Below are positions 61,119 to 64,000 of a DNA stretch of 64,000 bases, piece after piece. Location of the stretch: positions 7,998,001 to 8,062,000 of the forward strand of contig OZ249436.1 of the NCBI GenBank assembly GCA_965235115.1, in the 5' to 3' direction. Each line of letters begins with the position of its first letter. The first letter of the stretch is position 1. The position numbers and the translations under genes are program-made. Under the pieces are notes generated by a model. It did no database searches. It was not told where the DNA came from and was given only the letters and a program-made list of their open reading frames with translations. This DNA comes from Laetmonice hystrix (Eukaryota).

Positions 61119-61836
61119 GTTCGTATAATATAGTTTCATTAACTTATTGTTCAAAATATAACAGCAAATAAACGCATGACAGAGGCTATCAAAATTCATC
61201 CTGGTTATGATGGATTAATCAAGCTTGAGTTTGCAGATATCCTTGTGGTTTAATATATTTAGTTACGCAGGTAGGTTCATATGGATACTTTCGCCTGGAG
61301 ACGTTGGATGTGAGATAACGTTTATCATGAAAACGGGGTATATAAATCTTTGAAAACCCTTTTTTTCAAACGTTTTTTATACACACAATTTGCCTTCATC
61401 TTGTATTGTATGGTCAATGATGATGTGTTGACAACTGTAATTCTTGCCCTAACGTTTTCATTGGAGTGCTTTATTGTATGATTGAATGCTATCCAGTAGT
61501 GTACGTGCAATTGTGTGTGCCTCAGTTATGCTTTAAGACAATTTGGAAGAATTGACTTTAAGTGATGATTAGGCAGGCTTCCCATTTAACAGCAACAAGA
61601 ACAACCACTTGAAAAGAGAAAGAAGAAAAAACGTGAGAGAGAAAAAAAGAAAGCAACATCAATTATGCCTCCCTAAATTTCAATTCCTCATTTTCCTTTT
61701 TTGGATGAGTTGGGATTGAATTTTTGCTTCTTGTCTTGCGTTAAGCATTTCCTCCTGCCAGGTACCATCCACCACGTTAACTGCCTCTGGCCTTGACTGC
61801 CCTTCAAGTAATTGATGTTGCTTTGTTTGTTTTTAG

Positions 61837-61890
61837 GACAGTGATGGGGAGAAAAGTGACCAAGATTTAGTTGTTGATGATTCCAATGAG
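61837..61890 (+). CDS. gro (TLE): groucho exon 10, CcN domain with CK2 site (DSDGEKSDQDLVVDDSNE)
   Basis: Acceptor TTTGTTTGTTTTTAG, donor GAG|GTAAGA, 54 nt; closely matches TLE DSDGDKSDDNLVVDVSNE. Confidence 0.98.
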
Positions 61891-62270
61891 GTAAGATCCC
61901 ATCCACAGCAGTGTAGTGCACCCAGTCAGGCAGGCCCAGTCACACTTGTCGCTCTCCAAAACTGGCCATCCTAATCAATTGTGGTCATTTTCCTCAATTA
62001 AACTAGATTGCACGGATATCATTTCCGTAGAATTTCGGATAAGGATCGAAATTAAATTCATTTCAAGTTTGGAGAATCGTCGTTATGGTTATCTTTATAG
62101 TCATCAGTGTGGACTTGAAGAGAACAGGGATGCTCTGTTTGGAAAAAAAATAAAATAAATAAAAATATAGATACCAAAAGGAAAATAGCATGGGGAAAGA
62201 AGGTAATGACGTAGTAATGCTGACTCGATGGTGACTGGTCCTTTCATTGTGGATACATAGTGGTGTCTTT

Positions 62271-62334
62271 ATTTCTGCTTGTCGTGGACACTCCTGATCC
62301 ATTTCTGCTTGTCGTCAACACTCCTGGTCCATTT
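62271..62334. repeat. 30-nt tandem duplication (ATTTCTGCTTGTCGTGGACACTCCTGATCC)
   Basis: Copies at 62271 and 62301. Confidence 0.9.
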
Positions 62335-63131
62335 ATTGTCTAGGTTCCTGATTATTTCCTCAGTTTCCACCTGTCTTAGCGCCTCTCTGACTGTATCCAG
62401 TGTTACCTGTAGACCTTAGATCCAACCACACCTTCCTCATCTGCATGCTCGATCTTGTTCTGTGGTTCCTGGTTGGGATGGGTGGGCGGTTCCCAGCTAA
62501 AAGCCAAAGTTAGTTCAGAAACTGCATGTGTATTTCTCACGTTTTTTTCTCTATCTCATCTCGTGAAAGGCAAAGAAATTATTCTCTTCTACACATTTTA
62601 TTTTGTTCCAAGACGAGTCGTGGAAACCTGTCAGGGTTTTGGGAAGAACCCTTTAAAAAATCACGAATGCTTTACCTGAACCTATTCACCAAACATATCT
62701 GGATAGTCTGATATGCCATTCGTTTTGTGTACCAGTAGTATAATTGGCTGACTTTGTCGTATTGTCTAAACTTTGTAGCATTGCCAGCAACTTGCAACGT
62801 GTATAGTCGGGCTGTGATTTTCGTATTAACACACAGTACAGTTTATTTGATCTTAGGTGCAGTTGAAGAGTGGAATTCACAGTACATGTATTCTCAAAAA
62901 TGCTGAAAACTGATTGCGTTTAGGTGTTCTTTCCATGATGTAGTTGCGAGAGTTTGGTGTGCGGTGGATTTGTTTGTAGCATGCTTCATGTATTCACGTC
63001 GGACGGGGCCCAGTCTCATGTATCGGGATACTAACTGGACTAACACTGACAAAGGCTAACGTTACGTTGGATTAGGTTAATGTTTGGTGTAGGCTAGTAT
63101 ATTCAGTCAGCATGATGGTTATATTTTACAG

Positions 63132-63272
63132 CCGGTCTCACCGTTGAATGGCGAGCGGTCGCCACGGGAAAATGGTCCAAACGATAAATCGCACAAGGAC
63201 AAGGCACCTGTGAGTCCACGAAGCGATGGGTCGTCACACGCCAGCACGCCGTCATCGAAACACAAAGACCAG
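63132..63272 (+). CDS. gro (TLE): groucho exon 11, start of SP domain (PVSPLNGERSPRENG...SKHKDQ)
   Basis: Acceptor TATATTTTACAG, donor CAG|GTAGTG, 141 nt, phase 0-0; conserved SPRENG motif. Confidence 0.92.
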
Positions 63273-63398
63273 GTAGTGGATCCAGCCATAATGGCTGCCA
63301 ACATGGCGGCTAACATGGCCGCCGCGGGGAGTGCTATGGGAAGGGGCGGGCCCATACCAATGTTTCCCATGTTTCCTCTGTATGGGTTTTACAGATAG
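63273..63398 (+). CDS. gro (TLE): Candidate alternative C-terminus by read-through of exon 11 (VVDPAIMAANMAANMAAAGSAMGRGGPIPMFPMFPLYGFYR*)
   Basis: Frame stays open for 41 protein-like codons to TAG 63396-63398; AT-rich UTR-like sequence follows. Confidence 0.55.
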   Translation, partial: VVDPAIMAANMAANMAAAGSAMGRGGPIPMFPMFPLYGFYR

Positions 63399-63935
63399 AC
63401 TCGGATAACACCCAACCTCGGCACTCCGTGCTCTCACACCTCGCCATTGCTAACTCAAAACGACTCCCAGGAATCTTATTTGTGTACATAGACACTGTCA
63501 TGTTGTAAAGTAAGAACTTAGTGATACCGGTTTCCTTTAAGGAGACTGGACAAAATAAGATTAACAGATAACAATAATGAGGTAAATTTATTGTACATGA
63601 AACAGTGAATGTGATATATTGTTTATAACTGCAGTGAAATTGTTTAATTTGACTAGAAGTTGTCTATATATCCTCTTATATTACTAAATGTGATCACTTA
63701 TTATTATTATTATCATTATTACCTTATTATTATGGTTATTCTGTATTTGGTCGCTATATTGTACATTTATTATTTCTTGTTTATAGCCAAAGCTTAATGT
63801 TTTCTGTAAGAGAAAATTCAGTTGTGACGTAAGTGCGGGTGGGAAGGAGGGATCTGGGCAAACACGCCTCTCTTAGATCTGTTTCCAATCCACGATCACA
63901 GTCGGCCGCTATTGTACATGTACCTCTCTGTTGGC

Positions 63936-63980
63936 AATAAATTGTATTAGAACCAAAATGGTGGCTGATGTTGTGTCTAA
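63936..63980 (+). terminator. Candidate intronic polyadenylation signal
   Basis: AATAAA 63936-63941, several TGTA motifs upstream, GT-rich element at ~63961-63978. Confidence 0.45.
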
Positions 63981-64000
63981 ATGCCCAAAGGTCCTCCCCA

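Larger units (their letters stand above)
20332..63272 (+). other. gro (TLE): groucho/TLE transcriptional co-repressor gene, 5' part (11 coding exons; WD40 exons not in the window)
   Basis: Exons with GT-AG boundaries join into one open frame with clear similarity to the Groucho/TLE Q, GP, CcN and SP domains; exon sizes and phases match the TLE structure as I recall it. Confidence 0.98.

Noticed and set aside
61061-61128. Other GT donors for exon 9 (AG|GTCGCC 61061, C|GTATAA 61123)
   Set aside because: Both put the conserved DSDGEKSD exon out of frame.

Overview
Eukaryotic (animal) genomic DNA, not prokaryotic. The only protein-coding gene I can support is a + strand groucho/TLE co-repressor starting at ATG 20332. 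Its 5' part is spread over at least 11 coding exons up to ~63.3 kb (Q, GP, CcN and start of the SP domain); the WD40 exons are not in this window and should lie downstream. Spliced translation: [180 protein letters not shown]/(A)QEAERH/RSSASPNDREKYDPRNRSRSPEVNNAAGKKRRMEKDGG/DSDGEKSDQDLVVDDSNE/PVSPLNGERSPRENGPNDKSHKDKAPVSPRSDGSSHASTPSSKHKDQ. Residues such as GLNVEMHKQ and SDQDLVVD look protostome-like, so a spiralian invertebrate is my inference only. The first ~19.5 kb is apparently intergenic. The window holds many minisatellites, microsatellites, two N gaps, a Harbinger-like MITE and a hAT-like terminus. Nearly all ORFs in the six-frame track are chance or repeat artefacts. The most interesting signals are splicing features that could give several Groucho isoforms: a 20-nt microexon with a distant branch point, an in-frame donor that removes the NLS, a candidate poison exon, and an intron read-through terminal exon predicting a WD40-less (AES-like) protein. 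All isoform calls are sequence predictions that need transcript data.
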